From NCBI GenBank assembly GCA_020743695.1, contig DYUK01000081.1, positions 154-64,153 on the forward strand: a stretch of DNA of 64,000 nt. The letters run 5' to 3'. Within the stretch, counting starts at the first letter, position 1. Each line of letters begins with the position of its first letter. Shown here one piece after another: positions 13,877-25,276 of this stretch. The notes under the pieces were generated by a model. The model was not told where the DNA came from. It was given only the letters and a program-made list of their open reading frames with translations, and ran no database searches. This DNA comes from Brevibacterium senegalense (GTDB lineage: Bacteria; Actinomycetota; Actinomycetes; Actinomycetales; Brevibacteriaceae). The position numbers were made by a program, and so were the translations under genes.

Positions 13877-14725
13877 ATGCTTCGCATCGCGGTGCCGAAC
13901 AAGGGCACCCTGTCAGAGTCCGCCACCGTCATGCTGCGCGAGGCGGGCTACAAGCTGCGCACCAACTCGAAGACGCTCGTGAGCCGTGACGACGCCAACG
14001 GAATCGAGTTCTTCTACCTCCGTCCCCGCGACATCGCCGTCTACATCGGCGAGGGCATCCTCGACCTGGGCATCACCGGGCGCGATCTGCTCCTCGAGTC
14101 CGAGGCCGCCGCGCTCGAGACGCTGCCGCTGGGCTTCGGCCGGTCGCGCTTCCACTACGCCAGCCGAGCGGGCGCGTTCACGGACGTGACCCAGCTGGAG
14201 GGCAAGCGGATCGCGACGAGCTATCCCGTCCTCGTCCAGCGCGACCTGGCCGCCCGCGGGATCGACGCGCGCACCGTCGGCCTGGACGGCGCGGTCGAGG
14301 TCTCGATCGAGCTGGGCGTCGCGGACGCGATCGCGGACGTCGTCGAGACCGGGACGACGCTGCGGCAGGCCGGTCTCGAGACGTTCGGCGACCCCATCAT
14401 GCGCTCCGAGGGCCTCCTCGTCGCCCCCGTCGAACGGGAGGCGCTGTCCGAGTCCGCGCAGGTCGTCGTCCGCCGCCTCGAGAGCGTCATGGTCGCCCGC
14501 AGCTACGTGATCGTCGACTACGACATCCCCGTCGAGCGCCTCTCCGAGGCCGTCGCGGTCACCCCGGGCTTCGAGAGCCCCACCGTCTCCCCGATGCGCG
14601 ACCCCGAGTGGGTCGCCGTCCGCTCGATGGTCTCCGCGGACGCCCAGCACACGGTCATGGACCGGCTCTACTCCGTGGGCGCCCGCGCGATCCTCGTCAC
14701 GAACATCGCCGCCTGCCGTGTCTGA
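13877..14725 (+). CDS. hisG: ATP phosphoribosyltransferase (long form)
   Basis: MLRIAVPNKGTL, FYLRPRDIA, DAIADVVETGTTL, C-terminal ESPTVSP regulatory domain. Confidence 0.97.
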   Translation: MLRIAVPNKGTLSESATVMLREAGYKLRTNSKTLVSRDDANGIEFFYLRPRDIAVYIGEGILDLGITGRDLLLESEAAALETLPLGFGRSRFHYASRAGAFTDVTQLEGKRIATSYPVLVQRDLAARGIDARTVGLDGAVEVSIELGVADAIADVVETGTTLRQAGLETFGDPIMRSEGLLVAPVEREALSESAQVVVRRLESVMVARSYVIVDYDIPVERLSEAVAVTPGFESPTVSPMRDPEWVAVRSMVSADAQHTVMDRLYSVGARAILVTNIAACRV

Positions 14726-15200
14726 CCCGGCCGCGCACCCGCCCACGGACCTGCCGGTCGTGTTCCGGCCGCGGATGCTGCGCACCGTGGGCCTCATCCT
14801 CGCCCCGCTCGTGACGGCCGCGTTCATCGCGGCGTCGATCGCGTTCACGGTCATCGAGTGGCGCAGCTGGCGGGCCGGGGCGGACTCCGTCTGGATGATC
14901 GGGCTGGGCCTCCTGCTGTCCGCGATCATCCTGCGGTTCGCGTTCATCGTCGCGCGGGCGGAGGAGGACGGGCTCTTCGTCCGCAACATCCTCCTGACCC
15001 GGCGGTACGCGTGGAGCCAGATCGTGGGCGTGTCCTACTCGGAGCCGCTGGGCGATTCGTGGGCCACGCTCAGCCTGTCCGACGGGACGACCGCGGCGGT
15101 CATGGCGATCCAGGCGGCGGACGGACCCAGAGCCGCGGCGGCGGCGGACCACCTGCGTATCCTCGTAGACGAGCACACCCCATCCGGAGGCACACCGTGA
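14718..15200 (+). CDS. Bacterial PH-domain membrane protein (conserved after hisG)
   Basis: Two TM helices, then V.A.EDGL.VRN...RRYAWSQIVGV..WA.LSLSDG..VMAIQAADG; coupled to hisG. Confidence 0.75.
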   Translation: MSDPAAHPPTDLPVVFRPRMLRTVGLILAPLVTAAFIAASIAFTVIEWRSWRAGADSVWMIGLGLLLSAIILRFAFIVARAEEDGLFVRNILLTRRYAWSQIVGVSYSEPLGDSWATLSLSDGTTAAVMAIQAADGPRAAAAADHLRILVDEHTPSGGTP

Positions 15201-16396
15201 GCATTCCCACCACCCCCCGCAGTGCAGGCCCCCTCGCCGGGACGGTCGTCGTCGACCTGTCCCGCGCACTCGCCGGCCCCCACGCCGGCCAGATGCTGGG
15301 CGACCAGGGCGCCCGCGTCATCAAGGTCGAGACGCCCGGCACCGGCGACGACTCCCGCGGCTGGGGACCGCCCTTCGCGGGTCCCGAGGACGACCCGCAG
15401 TCCACCTACTACCTGTCGGCCAACCGCAACAAGGAGTCGATCGCGCTCGACCTCAAGAGCGAGGACGGCGTCGCGACCCTCACGGCAATGCTGAAGCGCG
15501 CGGACGTCCTCATCGAGAACTTCCGCGCCGGCGTGCTCGACCGGCTGGGCTTCTCGACCACCGCGCTCGCAGAGCTCAACCCCCGCCTCATCGTCCTCTC
15601 GATCACCGGCTTCGGCCACGACGGCCCGGAGGCCGCACGCGCGGGCTACGACCAGATCGCCCAGGGCGAGGGCGGCCTCATGTCCATCACCGGATCCGGC
15701 CCGGACGACTTCCAGCGGGTGGGCGTCCCGATCGCGGACCTGCTGGCGGGCATCCACGGCGCGTACGGCGTGCTCGCGGCCCTGCTGGAGCGCGAGCGGA
15801 CCGGCCGCGGCAAGGTCGTGCGCACCTCGCTCATCGCCGGGATGGTGGGCATCCACGCGTTCCAGGGCACCCGCGCGACGATCGGCGGGATGACACCGGA
15901 GCCCGGCGGCAACCACCACGCGACGCTCGCGCCCTACGGCCTCTTCACGTGCCGCGACGGCGCCGTGCAGATCTCCGTGGGCAACGAGAAGATGTGGCAG
16001 CGCTTCTGCGAGGCGTTCGACCTGGACGCCGCGGATCCCCGCTTCGCGACGAACGGGGAGCGCTTCGCGCACCGTGAGGAGCTCATCGCGGTCATCGAGG
16101 AGCGGTTCGGCCGGTTCGACTCCGCCCCGCTGCTGGAGAAGCTGTCCGAGGCCGGGATCCCGGCGGGCGTCGTCCGGACGCTGCCGGAGGTCTACGAGTG
16201 GGAGCAGGCGCTGTCGCAGGGACTCAAGATCACCGCCGCGCACCCGACGATCGGCGACATCGATCTGCCCGGACCGCCGCTGCGCTTCTTCGACGCGGAC
16301 GGCACGGGCGAGACGGAGACGACCGTGACGGAGCACCTCGCCCCGCCGCGGCTGTCCGAGCACGACCGGGAGATCCGGTCCTGGCTGGAGGACTGA
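15197..16396 (+). CDS. Class III (CaiB/BaiF) CoA-transferase
   Basis: GTG 15197 after GGAGG. PLAGTVVVDLSRALAGP, GARVIKVETPG.GDDSRGWGPP, ANRNKESIALDLK, ADVLIENFR, PIADLLAG (catalytic Asp). Confidence 0.93.
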   Translation: MSIPTTPRSAGPLAGTVVVDLSRALAGPHAGQMLGDQGARVIKVETPGTGDDSRGWGPPFAGPEDDPQSTYYLSANRNKESIALDLKSEDGVATLTAMLKRADVLIENFRAGVLDRLGFSTTALAELNPRLIVLSITGFGHDGPEAARAGYDQIAQGEGGLMSITGSGPDDFQRVGVPIADLLAGIHGAYGVLAALLERERTGRGKVVRTSLIAGMVGIHAFQGTRATIGGMTPEPGGNHHATLAPYGLFTCRDGAVQISVGNEKMWQRFCEAFDLDAADPRFATNGERFAHREELIAVIEERFGRFDSAPLLEKLSEAGIPAGVVRTLPEVYEWEQALSQGLKITAAHPTIGDIDLPGPPLRFFDADGTGETETTVTEHLAPPRLSEHDREIRSWLED

Positions 16397-16397
16397 C

Positions 16398-17900
16398 ATG
16401 GCGAAGCGCCTGAGCGCACGCGAGCTCATCGAGCGGGTCGTCGACGCCGGCAGCTTCGTGTCGTGGGACACGACGCCGCTCGTGCCGGCCGCCGGGATCG
16501 ACGACGCGTACGCCGCGGAGCTGGAGGCGGCACAGGAGAAGTCCGGCGTGGACGAGGCGGTCGTGACGGGCGAGGGCCTCATCCACGGCCGGCGCGTCGC
16601 GCTCGTCGCGTGCGAGTTCCGCTTCCTCGCCGGCTCGATCGGCACGGCCGCCGCGCAGCGACTCGTCGAGGCGATCGAGCGCGCGACCCTCGAGGGCCTG
16701 CCCGTGCTGGCGGGCCCCGCTTCCGGCGGCACCCGCATGCAGGAGGGCACCGTCGCGTTCCTGTCGATGGTGAAGATCACCGCGGCGGTCGTCGCGCACC
16801 GGAAGGCCGGGCTGCCGTTCCTCGTCTACCTGCGCCACCCCACGACCGGCGGCGTGTTCGCCTCGTGGGGCTCGCTGGGGCACGTGACGGTGGCGGAGCC
16901 GGACTCCCTCATCGGCTTCCTGGGTCCCCGCGTGTTCGAGCAGCTCTACGGGCGCGAGTTCCCCACAGGCGTCCAGTCGGGGGAGAACCTGCAGCGGCAC
17001 GGCATCGTCGACGCCGTGCTGGGCCCGGACCGGATCCACGACACCGTCGCCCGGGTGCTCGACGTGCTCATGGGCGCGCGCGAGCTGCCCGCCCGCGTCC
17101 CCGACCCGGACTCGCGCCCCGTCGACCCGGACACGCGGGACGCGTGGGAGGTCATCACCGCCTCGCGCCGGCCCGAGCGCCCCGGCGTGCGCGATCTGCT
17201 GCGCCACGGCGCGACCCACGTCCTCCCGCTGCGGGGGACCGGCCAGGGCGAGAAGGACCCGGGCCTCCTGCTGGCGATCGCCCGCTTCGGCTCCGCCCCG
17301 TGCATCGTGCTGGGCCAGGACCGGTACCGCCAGAACACCCGCGAGCCCATGGGCCCGGCCGCACTCCGCGAGGCGCGCCGCGGCATGCGCCTGTCGGAGG
17401 AGCTGGGCATCCCGCTCGTCACGATCATCGACACCCCCGGCGCCGCGCTGTCGCGCGAGGCGGAGGAGGGCGGCCTGGCCGGCGAGATCGCGCGCAGCCT
17501 CGCGGACCTCATCGACCTCGACTCGCCCAGCGTCTCCGTCATCATGGGCGAGGGCTCCGGCGGCGGCGCGCTCGCGCTCATCCCGGCCGACCGCGTCCTG
17601 TCCGCGCAGAACGGCTGGCTGTCCCCGCTGCCGCCGGAGGGCGCGTCCGCGATCGTGCACCGCGACACCCAGCACGCCGCGGAGATGGCCCAGGCCCAGC
17701 GCGTCCAGTCGGCGGAGCTCGTGGCCGCCGGGGTCGTCGACCGCGTCGTCGCCGAGCCGGTCGACGCCTCCGACGATCCGCAGGGCTTCATCGCCCGACT
17801 GTCCGCGACGCTCGAGTACGAGATCATCGAGCTCATGCGCACACCCGGGTACCTGCGCACGGGCGCCCGGATCGACCGCTACCGCAGGTTGGGCCTGTGA
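16398..17900 (+). CDS. Fused beta/alpha acyl-CoA carboxyltransferase (AccD3-like)
   Basis: [69 protein letters not shown]. Closely resembles mycobacterial AccD3 as I recall it; no zinc finger or biotin domain. Confidence 0.88.
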   Translation: MAKRLSARELIERVVDAGSFVSWDTTPLVPAAGIDDAYAAELEAAQEKSGVDEAVVTGEGLIHGRRVALVACEFRFLAGSIGTAAAQRLVEAIERATLEGLPVLAGPASGGTRMQEGTVAFLSMVKITAAVVAHRKAGLPFLVYLRHPTTGGVFASWGSLGHVTVAEPDSLIGFLGPRVFEQLYGREFPTGVQSGENLQRHGIVDAVLGPDRIHDTVARVLDVLMGARELPARVPDPDSRPVDPDTRDAWEVITASRRPERPGVRDLLRHGATHVLPLRGTGQGEKDPGLLLAIARFGSAPCIVLGQDRYRQNTREPMGPAALREARRGMRLSEELGIPLVTIIDTPGAALSREAEEGGLAGEIARSLADLIDLDSPSVSVIMGEGSGGGALALIPADRVLSAQNGWLSPLPPEGASAIVHRDTQHAAEMAQAQRVQSAELVAAGVVDRVVAEPVDASDDPQGFIARLSATLEYEIIELMRTPGYLRTGARIDRYRRLGL

Positions 17901-18670
17901 GCCCCGCCGTCCGCGTCATCCCGTGCCTCGACGTCGACGACGGCCGGGTCGTCAAGGGCGTCAACTTCGCGGACCTCCGTGACGCGGGGGACCCCGTCGA
18001 GCTGGCGCGGCGCTACGACGGGCAGGGAGCCGACGAGCTCACCTTCCTCGACGTGACCGCGACGACCGGCGACCGGTCGACCATGTACGACGTCGTGACC
18101 CGGTGCGCGGAGCAGATCTTCATCCCGCTCACCGTGGGCGGCGGGGTCCGCACCGTCGAGGACGTCGACACGCTGCTGCGCCGCGGGGCGGACAAGGTGG
18201 GCGTCAACAGCGCCGCCGTCGCGCGGCCCCAGCTCATCTCCGAGATCGCCCAGCGCTTCGGCAGCCAGGTCCTCGTCCTCTCCGTCGACGCCCGTCGAGT
18301 GCCCGACGGACAGCCGGGCACGGCCTCGGGCTACGAGGTCACGACCCACGGCGGTCGCCGGGGCACCGGGATCTGCGCGGTCGAGTGGGCGGCCCGGGCC
18401 GCGGAGACCGGAGCCGGCGAGATCCTGCTCAACAGCATCGACGCGGACGGCACGAAGCAGGGCTTCGACCTCGCGATGCTGGCAGCGGTCCGCCGGGAGG
18501 TGCGGGTCCCGCTCATCGCGTCCGGGGGCGCGGGCTCGCCCGCGCACTTCCCACCGGCCGTCGACGCCGGGGCGGATGCGGTGCTGGCCGCCAGCATCCT
18601 GCACTTCGGCGACACCACTGTCCCCCAGATCAAGGAGGAGCTCGATCGTGCCGGACACGAGGTCCGCTGA
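17897..18670 (+). CDS. hisF: Imidazole glycerol phosphate synthase cyclase subunit
   Basis: GTG 17897; [54 protein letters not shown]. Confidence 0.97.
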   Translation: MSPAVRVIPCLDVDDGRVVKGVNFADLRDAGDPVELARRYDGQGADELTFLDVTATTGDRSTMYDVVTRCAEQIFIPLTVGGGVRTVEDVDTLLRRGADKVGVNSAAVARPQLISEIAQRFGSQVLVLSVDARRVPDGQPGTASGYEVTTHGGRRGTGICAVEWAARAAETGAGEILLNSIDADGTKQGFDLAMLAAVRREVRVPLIASGGAGSPAHFPPAVDAGADAVLAASILHFGDTTVPQIKEELDRAGHEVR

Positions 18671-18998
18671 CACCGACCCCCGCCTGGACGGGCTCGTCTT
18701 CGACGAGCGCGGGCTGCTGCCCGTCGTCGTCCAGGAGGCCGCGACCCGCGACGTCCTCATGCTCGCGTGGGCGGACGCCGAGGCCGTGCGCGCCACGCTG
18801 ACGACGGGCCGGGCCACGTACTGGTCGCGGTCGCGGGGGGAGATCTGGGTCAAAGGCGAGACGTCCGGACACGTGCAGCACGTCGAGTCCGTCGCCACCG
18901 ACTGCGACGGGGACACACTCCTCTACCTCGTCCGGCAGACGGGGGCGGCCTGCCACACGGGGACGACGACGTGCTTCACGGGACGGGAGCTCGCATGA
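18648..18998 (+). CDS. hisI: Phosphoribosyl-AMP cyclohydrolase
   Basis: GTG 18648 after AAGGAGG; [38 protein letters not shown]. Confidence 0.95.
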   Translation: MPDTRSADTDPRLDGLVFDERGLLPVVVQEAATRDVLMLAWADAEAVRATLTTGRATYWSRSRGEIWVKGETSGHVQHVESVATDCDGDTLLYLVRQTGAACHTGTTTCFTGRELA

Positions 18999-20524
18999 GC
19001 GTCGTGCCCACACGGGCGGAGTTCGCCGCACAGGCGGTCGACCGCCGCGTCATCCCCGTCCGCACGACCGTCCTCGCGGACACGGAGACGCCGCTGAGCC
19101 TCTACCGTCGGCTGGCCGAGGGCCGCCCGGGCGGCTTCCTCCTCGAATCCGCCGCGCAGGACCAGTGGAGCCGGTACTCGTTCGTGGGCCGCGCCCCCGT
19201 CGCGACGCTCACGGAGGTCGACGGGGAGGCGGTCTGGCTGGGTACGCCGCCGTCCGGCCTGCCGACCGGAGGCGACCCGCACGCGGCTCTCACGGAGGCG
19301 CTGCGCTCGCTGGCGACCGACCGGGCGGATGACGACCTGCCGCCCATGGTGTCCTCGTTCGTGGGCTACCTGGGGTGGGACACGATCCGCCGCTTCGAGG
19401 ACCTGGGGCCGTCGCCCCTGCCGGAGCACCCGGTCCCGGAGCTGTCGCTGTCGATCCCCGGCGACGTCGCGATCCTCGACCACTTCACCTCCCGCCTCAC
19501 CCTCGTCGCGAACGCCGTGAACGTCGACGGTCGGCCGGAGGGCGCTGAAGCGGCGTACGACGCCGCAGTCCGACGGCTCGAGCGGATGATCGAGGAGCTG
19601 CAGGCGCCCCTCGTGCCGTCGCTGTCCGTCCACGACGCGCCGGAGCCGGACGTGAAGCCGCGCACCCACCCCGACGACTACCTCGCCGCCGTCGAGGAGG
19701 CGCAGCGCCTCATCGTCGAGGGCGAGATCTTCCAGGTGGTGCTGGGACAGCGGTTCGACACCGCCGTCGACGCGAGCGCGACGGACATCTACCGGATGCT
19801 GCGGACGACGAACCCCAGCCCGTACATGTACCTCCTCGAGGCGCCGGTCCCGGACGGATCGCCGCTCACGATCGTCGGCTCCTCGCCCGAGGCCCTCGTG
19901 ACTGTGACGGACGGCACCGTCACGACCCACCCGATCGCGGGTACCCGCCCGCGGGGCGCGACCGCGGATGAGGACCGGGCGCTCGCGGCGGAGCTGCTGG
20001 CGGACGAGAAGGAGCGCGCCGAGCACCTCATGCTCGTCGACCTGTCCCGCAACGACCTCGCGAAGGTGAGCGAGCCCGGCAGCGTCGACGTCGTCGAGTT
20101 CATGGAGATCGAGCGGTACAGCCACGTCATGCACATCGTCTCGACCGTGACGGGGCGACTGCGGGACGGGACGGGCGGCCTCGACGTGCTGCGGGCCGCG
20201 TTCCCCGCCGGCACCCTCTCCGGTGCGCCCAAGCCGCGCGCCCTCAGCATCATCGACCGCCTCGAACCCACCGCCCGCGGCGTGTACGGGGGAGTGGTGG
20301 GCTACCTGTCCTTCACGGGCGACCTCGACGTCGCGATCGCGATCCGGACCGGGATCCTGCGCGACGGACTCCTGACGGTGTCCGCGGGCGCCGGGATCGT
20401 CGCGGACTCCGACCCGCAGTCGGAGCTCGACGAGTGCCGCCGCAAGGCCGCGGCCGTGCTGCGGGCCGCCGCGGCCGCCGGCACGCTCCGCGCACCGGAC
20501 GCCTCCGGGGGGTCGGACGGATGA
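18995..20524 (+). CDS. trpE: Anthranilate synthase component I
   Basis: [77 protein letters not shown]. Confidence 0.96.
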   Translation: MSVVPTRAEFAAQAVDRRVIPVRTTVLADTETPLSLYRRLAEGRPGGFLLESAAQDQWSRYSFVGRAPVATLTEVDGEAVWLGTPPSGLPTGGDPHAALTEALRSLATDRADDDLPPMVSSFVGYLGWDTIRRFEDLGPSPLPEHPVPELSLSIPGDVAILDHFTSRLTLVANAVNVDGRPEGAEAAYDAAVRRLERMIEELQAPLVPSLSVHDAPEPDVKPRTHPDDYLAAVEEAQRLIVEGEIFQVVLGQRFDTAVDASATDIYRMLRTTNPSPYMYLLEAPVPDGSPLTIVGSSPEALVTVTDGTVTTHPIAGTRPRGATADEDRALAAELLADEKERAEHLMLVDLSRNDLAKVSEPGSVDVVEFMEIERYSHVMHIVSTVTGRLRDGTGGLDVLRAAFPAGTLSGAPKPRALSIIDRLEPTARGVYGGVVGYLSFTGDLDVAIAIRTGILRDGLLTVSAGAGIVADSDPQSELDECRRKAAAVLRAAAAAGTLRAPDASGGSDG

Positions 20525-21003
20525 CGAAGGGCAGAGCCGTCCTCGCACTCCTGCTGCTGGCGGGCGTGCTGTGGATCGTCGCCTCCCAGGCGTGGGGGTC
20601 CGCCGCACCGGGTGCGACGGGCCCGTCCGGTGTCGCCGAGGTCGCGGGGGACGAGACGACCGGTCACCCGGTCCTCACCGCCTGCGCCGCGATCCTCGCC
20701 GTCGCCTCCCTGCTGCTCGCGATGATGGGCCGGGTGGGCCGCATCGTCGTGTGCGTCCTCGTCGCGCTCGTGGGAGCCGGTGCCGCGCTCACCGCGCTCA
20801 CGTCGGCCGGTCCGACCGTGCCCGTCGTCCTCGCGACCGCGGCGGGTGCGGCGGTCGTCGCCGTCGCGGTCTGGACGGCCGTCGTGAGCCCGCGGTGGAC
20901 GGTGTCCTCCCGCTACGACCGGGATTCCGCTCCCGGCGCGGCCGCGGACGACGATCCGGCGGCGGCGTGGGACGCGCTGTCGAGGGGCGAGGACCCCAGC
21001 TGA
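20521..21003 (+). CDS. Trp-biosynthesis-associated membrane protein
   Basis: ATG 20521 overlapping the trpE stop; about 4 TM helices; C-terminal W..SSRYDR...AWDALSRGEDPS signature. Confidence 0.8.
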   Translation: MTKGRAVLALLLLAGVLWIVASQAWGSAAPGATGPSGVAEVAGDETTGHPVLTACAAILAVASLLLAMMGRVGRIVVCVLVALVGAGAALTALTSAGPTVPVVLATAAGAAVVAVAVWTAVVSPRWTVSSRYDRDSAPGAAADDDPAAAWDALSRGEDPS

Positions 21004-21083
21004 CCTTCGCGCATGCGACAATGACCCCTGAGCAGAACCGACTTCACACGCGCGGGTCCCACCCCCGCGGGACAAGGAGTGAC

Positions 21084-21341
21084 ATGGCAACGAAGATTCG
21101 TGCGGGCAACGACCTCGACCGCTCAGCGATCGACTACGACAAGATCAAGGATCCCGGGCACGGGAACACCCCGGCCGCGTGGATGGGCGTCTTCCTCATG
21201 CTGCTGGGCGGCACGATCACGGCGATCGGTCTCGTCATCGAGAACCCGACGATCCTGTACGTCGGCATCGCCCTCGTGGTGGCCGGCCCCGTCGTGGGTC
21301 TCATCATGCGGGCCGCCGGCAAGGGCAAGCCCCGTTCGTGA
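21084..21341 (+). CDS. Small HGxxPAAW-family membrane protein
   Basis: ATG 21084 after AAGGAG; GHGNTPAAW motif followed by two TM helices. Confidence 0.8.
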   Translation: MATKIRAGNDLDRSAIDYDKIKDPGHGNTPAAWMGVFLMLLGGTITAIGLVIENPTILYVGIALVVAGPVVGLIMRAAGKGKPRS

Positions 21342-22123
21342 CGGTCCTCGATGCCATCATCGCCGGTGTGCGCGAGGACCTCGACGCGCGTCGGACGGAC
21401 CGTCCGCTGGCCCGCGTCCGCGAGGACGCCCTCGCCGCCGCTCCGGTGCGCCCCTTCCCACCGGCCGGCGGGTTCGGTCTCATCTGCGAGGTCAAGCGCT
21501 CGTCGCCCTCGAAGGGCGCACTGGCGGACATCCCGGACCCCGCCGCACTGGCCGCCGCCTATGAGCGCGGGGGAGCCGCCGCGATCAGCGTGCTCACGGA
21601 GGCGCGCCGCTTCAACGGCTCGCTCGCGGACCTCGACGCGGTCCGCGCCGCGGTCGACGTGCCGGTGCTGCGCAAGGACTTCATGGTCGACGAGTACCAG
21701 TTCCACGAGGCCCGCGCACACGGGGCGGACATCGTCCTCCTCATCGTCGCGGCGCTGGACGACGCGCAGCTGACCGACTTCCTGGCGCTCAGCCGCGAGC
21801 TGGGCATGGCGGCACTCGTCGAGGCCCACACCGAAGACGAGCTCGACCGGGCGGGTCAGGCGGGCGCCGCGCTCGTGGGCGTCAACACGCGCAATCTCAA
21901 GGACCTCACGGTCGATCCCGCCCGCTTCGCACAGCTGGCGCCACACGCGCCGGCCGATGCAGTCCTCGTCGCGGAATCCGGTGTGAGCGGTCCGGACACG
22001 GTCGCGCAGTACGCCGCCGCCGGTGCCCACCTGGGCCTCGTGGGCGAGGCGCTCGTGACCGGCGGCGACCCGGCCGCCGCGGTCGCGGCCTTCACCGCGG
22101 CCGGCGCCGCCGCACGTCCCTGA
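21338..22123 (+). CDS. trpC: Indole-3-glycerol phosphate synthase
   Basis: GTG 21338; [41 protein letters not shown]. Confidence 0.96.
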   Translation: MTVLDAIIAGVREDLDARRTDRPLARVREDALAAAPVRPFPPAGGFGLICEVKRSSPSKGALADIPDPAALAAAYERGGAAAISVLTEARRFNGSLADLDAVRAAVDVPVLRKDFMVDEYQFHEARAHGADIVLLIVAALDDAQLTDFLALSRELGMAALVEAHTEDELDRAGQAGAALVGVNTRNLKDLTVDPARFAQLAPHAPADAVLVAESGVSGPDTVAQYAAAGAHLGLVGEALVTGGDPAAAVAAFTAAGAAARP

Positions 22124-22141
22124 CCCCGAGGAGAGTCATCC

Positions 22142-23386
22142 ATGATCGAGCAGATCGAGCAGTTCTCGCGCCCTGATGCGGACCTGCCGCAGGGCCCCCG
22201 CTTCGGCGACTTCGGCGGCCGCTACATCCCCGAGGCCCTCATCCCCGCGTGCGAGGAGATCGAGGAGGCCTTCGCGAAGGCGATCCTCGAGGACGACTTC
22301 CGCGCGGAGTATCGGGGGCTGCTCGCGGAGTACGTGGGCCGGCCCAGTCTCCTCACGGAGGCGACGCGCTTCTCCGAGCACGCCGGCGGGGCGCGGATCC
22401 TCCTCAAACGGGAGGACCTCAACCACACCGGCAGCCACAAGATCAACAACGCACTGGGCCAGGGTCTCCTGGCCCGTCGGCTGGGCAAGACGCGGCTCAT
22501 CGCGGAGACGGGGGCGGGCCAGCACGGCGTCGCGACCGCCACGGCAGCCGCGCTGCTGGGTCTCGAGTGCCGGATCTACATGGGCGCCGTCGACGTGGAG
22601 CGCCAGGCGCTCAACGTGGCCCGCATGCGCCTGCTGGGTGCGGAGGTCACGGCGGTCGAGGCGGGTTCGCGCACCCTCAAGGACGCGATCAACGAGACGT
22701 TCCGCGACTGGGTGGCGTCCGTGGAGTCGACCCACTACGTGTTCGGCACCGTCGCGGGCCCGCACCCGTTCCCGATGATGGTGCGCGAGTTCCAGCGCAT
22801 CATCGGGCTCGAGGCGCGCCAGCAGTCGCTCGAGCTGACCGGCGCCCTCCCGGACGCGGTCGTCGCGTGCGTGGGCGGCGGCTCCAACGCGATCGGCGTC
22901 TTCCACGCCTTCATCCCGGATACCTCCGTCCGCCTCGTCGGCTGCGAAGCCGCAGGCGAGGGCATCGACACGCCGCGGCACGCGGCGACGCTCACGCGCG
23001 GCACGGTGGGGGTGCTCCACGGAGCGAAGTCCTACCAGCTGCAGGACGAGGACGGGCAGACGCTCGAGAGCCACTCGATCTCCGCGGGGCTCGACTACTC
23101 CGGCGTGGGACCCGAGCACGCGTGGCTGCGCGACTCCGGACGGGGCGAGTACCGCCCGGTCACGGACGCCCAGGCGATGGACGCGTTCCGCCTGCTGTGC
23201 CGCACGGAGGGGATCATCCCCGCGATCGAGAGCTCACACGCGCTCGCAGGCGCCCTGGAGCTGGGCCGCGAGCTGGGACCGGACGCGACGATCCTCGTGT
23301 GCCTCTCGGGCCGCGGCGACAAGGACGTGACGACCGCCGGACGCTGGTTCGGCTACCTCGACGAGACGGCAGGAGACGTGGAATGA
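22142..23386 (+). CDS. trpB: Tryptophan synthase beta chain
   Basis: [63 protein letters not shown]. Confidence 0.98.
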   Translation: MIEQIEQFSRPDADLPQGPRFGDFGGRYIPEALIPACEEIEEAFAKAILEDDFRAEYRGLLAEYVGRPSLLTEATRFSEHAGGARILLKREDLNHTGSHKINNALGQGLLARRLGKTRLIAETGAGQHGVATATAAALLGLECRIYMGAVDVERQALNVARMRLLGAEVTAVEAGSRTLKDAINETFRDWVASVESTHYVFGTVAGPHPFPMMVREFQRIIGLEARQQSLELTGALPDAVVACVGGGSNAIGVFHAFIPDTSVRLVGCEAAGEGIDTPRHAATLTRGTVGVLHGAKSYQLQDEDGQTLESHSISAGLDYSGVGPEHAWLRDSGRGEYRPVTDAQAMDAFRLLCRTEGIIPAIESSHALAGALELGRELGPDATILVCLSGRGDKDVTTAGRWFGYLDETAGDVE

Positions 23387-24183
23387 GCACGGCGACGAAC
23401 ACCGGATCCGGCACCGGGGGAGTGCTCGCGGCCGCGGCCGCCCAGGACCGCGCCGCGTTCATCGGCTACCTGCCGGTGGGCTACCCGGACGTGCCGGGCT
23501 CGCTCGACGCGGTGCGCGCGCTGGCGGACGGCGGTGCGGACATCATCGAGATCGGGATGCCCTACACGGACCCCGGCATGGACGGCCCCGTCATCGAGGC
23601 CGCGACCGTGCAGGCGCTGAGCGGTGGGGTGCGCGTGCGGGACGTCTTCACCGCGATCGAGGCCGCCGCGGACGCGGGGGCGACGCCCGTCGTCATGAGC
23701 TACTGGAACCTCATCCTGCAGTACGGCGTCGACGCCTACGCCCGCGACCTCGCCTCCGCCGGAGGGGCGGGCATCGTCACGCCCGACCTCATCCCGGACG
23801 AGGCCGACGACTGGATCGCCGCCTCCGACGCGCACGGACTCGACCGGATCTTCCTCGTCGCACCGTCGTCGTCCCCGGACCGGCTGGCGAGGGTCGCCGC
23901 CGCCAGCCGCGGATTCGTCTACGCGGCCTCGACCATGGGGGTCACGGGCACACGCGAGGAGGTGGGCTCCCGGGCGGAGGACCTCGTCGCGGACACGCGG
24001 GCCGCGGGTGCGCAGCGCGTGTGCGTGGGACTGGGCGTGTCGACGCGGCAGCAGGCGGCGGAGGTCGCCCGCTTCGCCGACGGCGTCATCGTGGGCTCCG
24101 CCCTCGTCCGCGCCCTCGACGAGGACGGGCCCACCGGAGTGGGTCGCGTCGCGCGGGAGTTCGCGGAGGGCGTGCGTGACTGA
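23383..24183 (+). CDS. trpA: Tryptophan synthase alpha chain
   Basis: ATG 23383; [52 protein letters not shown]. Confidence 0.97.
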   Translation: MSTATNTGSGTGGVLAAAAAQDRAAFIGYLPVGYPDVPGSLDAVRALADGGADIIEIGMPYTDPGMDGPVIEAATVQALSGGVRVRDVFTAIEAAADAGATPVVMSYWNLILQYGVDAYARDLASAGGAGIVTPDLIPDEADDWIAASDAHGLDRIFLVAPSSSPDRLARVAAASRGFVYAASTMGVTGTREEVGSRAEDLVADTRAAGAQRVCVGLGVSTRQQAAEVARFADGVIVGSALVRALDEDGPTGVGRVAREFAEGVRD

Positions 24184-25276
24184 TCCGCGCGTCGTCGACC
24201 TCCTCGCGTCCATCCCGTCGCCCGCCTGGAGCGGCTTCGACATAGGACCCGTGCGGATCCACGCGTACGCGCTCTGCATCCTCCTGGGCATCGCGCTGGC
24301 CCTGTGGCTCACGAACAAGCGGTGGCAGGCGCGTGGCGGCACGGAGGACGATCTCTGGACGATCGCGATCTGGGCGATCCCCGCGGGGATCATCGGCGGC
24401 CGGCTCTACCACGTCTTCTCCACGCCGGATCCCTACTTCGGTCCGGACGGGGACCCCGTCGCCGCGCTCTACATCTGGAACGGCGGGCTGGGCATCTGGG
24501 GCGCGGTCGCACTGGGCGTGCTCGTCGTCCTGTTCGTGTGCAGACGACACGGGTTCCGCTTCACGTCGTTCCTCGACGCCGCCGCGCCCGGCCTCATCCT
24601 CGCGCAGGCCGTGGGCCGGTGGGGCAACTGGTTCAACCAGGAGCTGTTCGGTGCGCCCACGACCCTGCCGTGGGGACTCGAGATCGATCGGTCCAGCCCC
24701 ACCTGGCCGGATCCGTCGCTGCCGGCGGACACCCTCTTCCACCCCACGTTCCTCTACGAGTCGCTGTGGAACCTGGCCGGCTGCGTGCTCCTCCTGTGGG
24801 CCGCGCGCCGGTTCGGCCTGTGGCGGGGACAGGTGTTCTACCTGTACCTGAGCTACTACACGCTGGGGCGCGTGTGGATCGAGGCGCTGCGGATCGACGA
24901 CGCCGAGCACATCCTGGGGCTGCGCCTCAACGTGTGGACGTCGATCCTCGTCTTCCTCGTGGGCGTCGCCCTCCTCGCGCTCTCCCGTGCCCGCCACGGA
25001 TCCGGGTCGGATTCCGCCTACGTGGACGGCCGTGCCGGGGGAGACGAGGACGGCTCGACCACCACGGGTGGATCCGCGCCGGAGGCGGCCTCACAGGAGG
25101 CGGCCACGGAGGACGCACCCGGCGAGGACCCGAGCGCGCGGCCGGACGAGGAGGAGCCGCCGCGCCGCGGTTTCGGGTTCTTCGGTGCGGTGACATCGGC
25201 GATCTCCATCGTCCCGCAGCTGCGCGGGCGCTCAGACTCTGAGACGCAACGCGGAACTGGGAGTTGCGGAGTGTAA
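24176..25276 (+). CDS. lgt: Prolipoprotein diacylglyceryl transferase with long C-terminal tail
   Basis: GTG 24176; IHAYALCI, GGRLYHV, GGLGIWGA, QAVGRWGNWFNQELFG, HPTFLYESLWN. Confidence 0.95.
   Translation: MTDPRVVDLLASIPSPAWSGFDIGPVRIHAYALCILLGIALALWLTNKRWQARGGTEDDLWTIAIWAIPAGIIGGRLYHVFSTPDPYFGPDGDPVAALYIWNGGLGIWGAVALGVLVVLFVCRRHGFRFTSFLDAAAPGLILAQAVGRWGNWFNQELFGAPTTLPWGLEIDRSSPTWPDPSLPADTLFHPTFLYESLWNLAGCVLLLWAARRFGLWRGQVFYLYLSYYTLGRVWIEALRIDDAEHILGLRLNVWTSILVFLVGVALLALSRARHGSGSDSAYVDGRAGGDEDGSTTTGGSAPEAASQEAATEDAPGEDPSARPDEEEPPRRGFGFFGAVTSAISIVPQLRGRSDSETQRGTGSCGV

Noticed and set aside
18940-19000. trp attenuator / leader peptide before trpE
   Set aside because: trpE overlaps the hisI stop (ATGA), leaving no space for a leader and no Trp-codon peptide.
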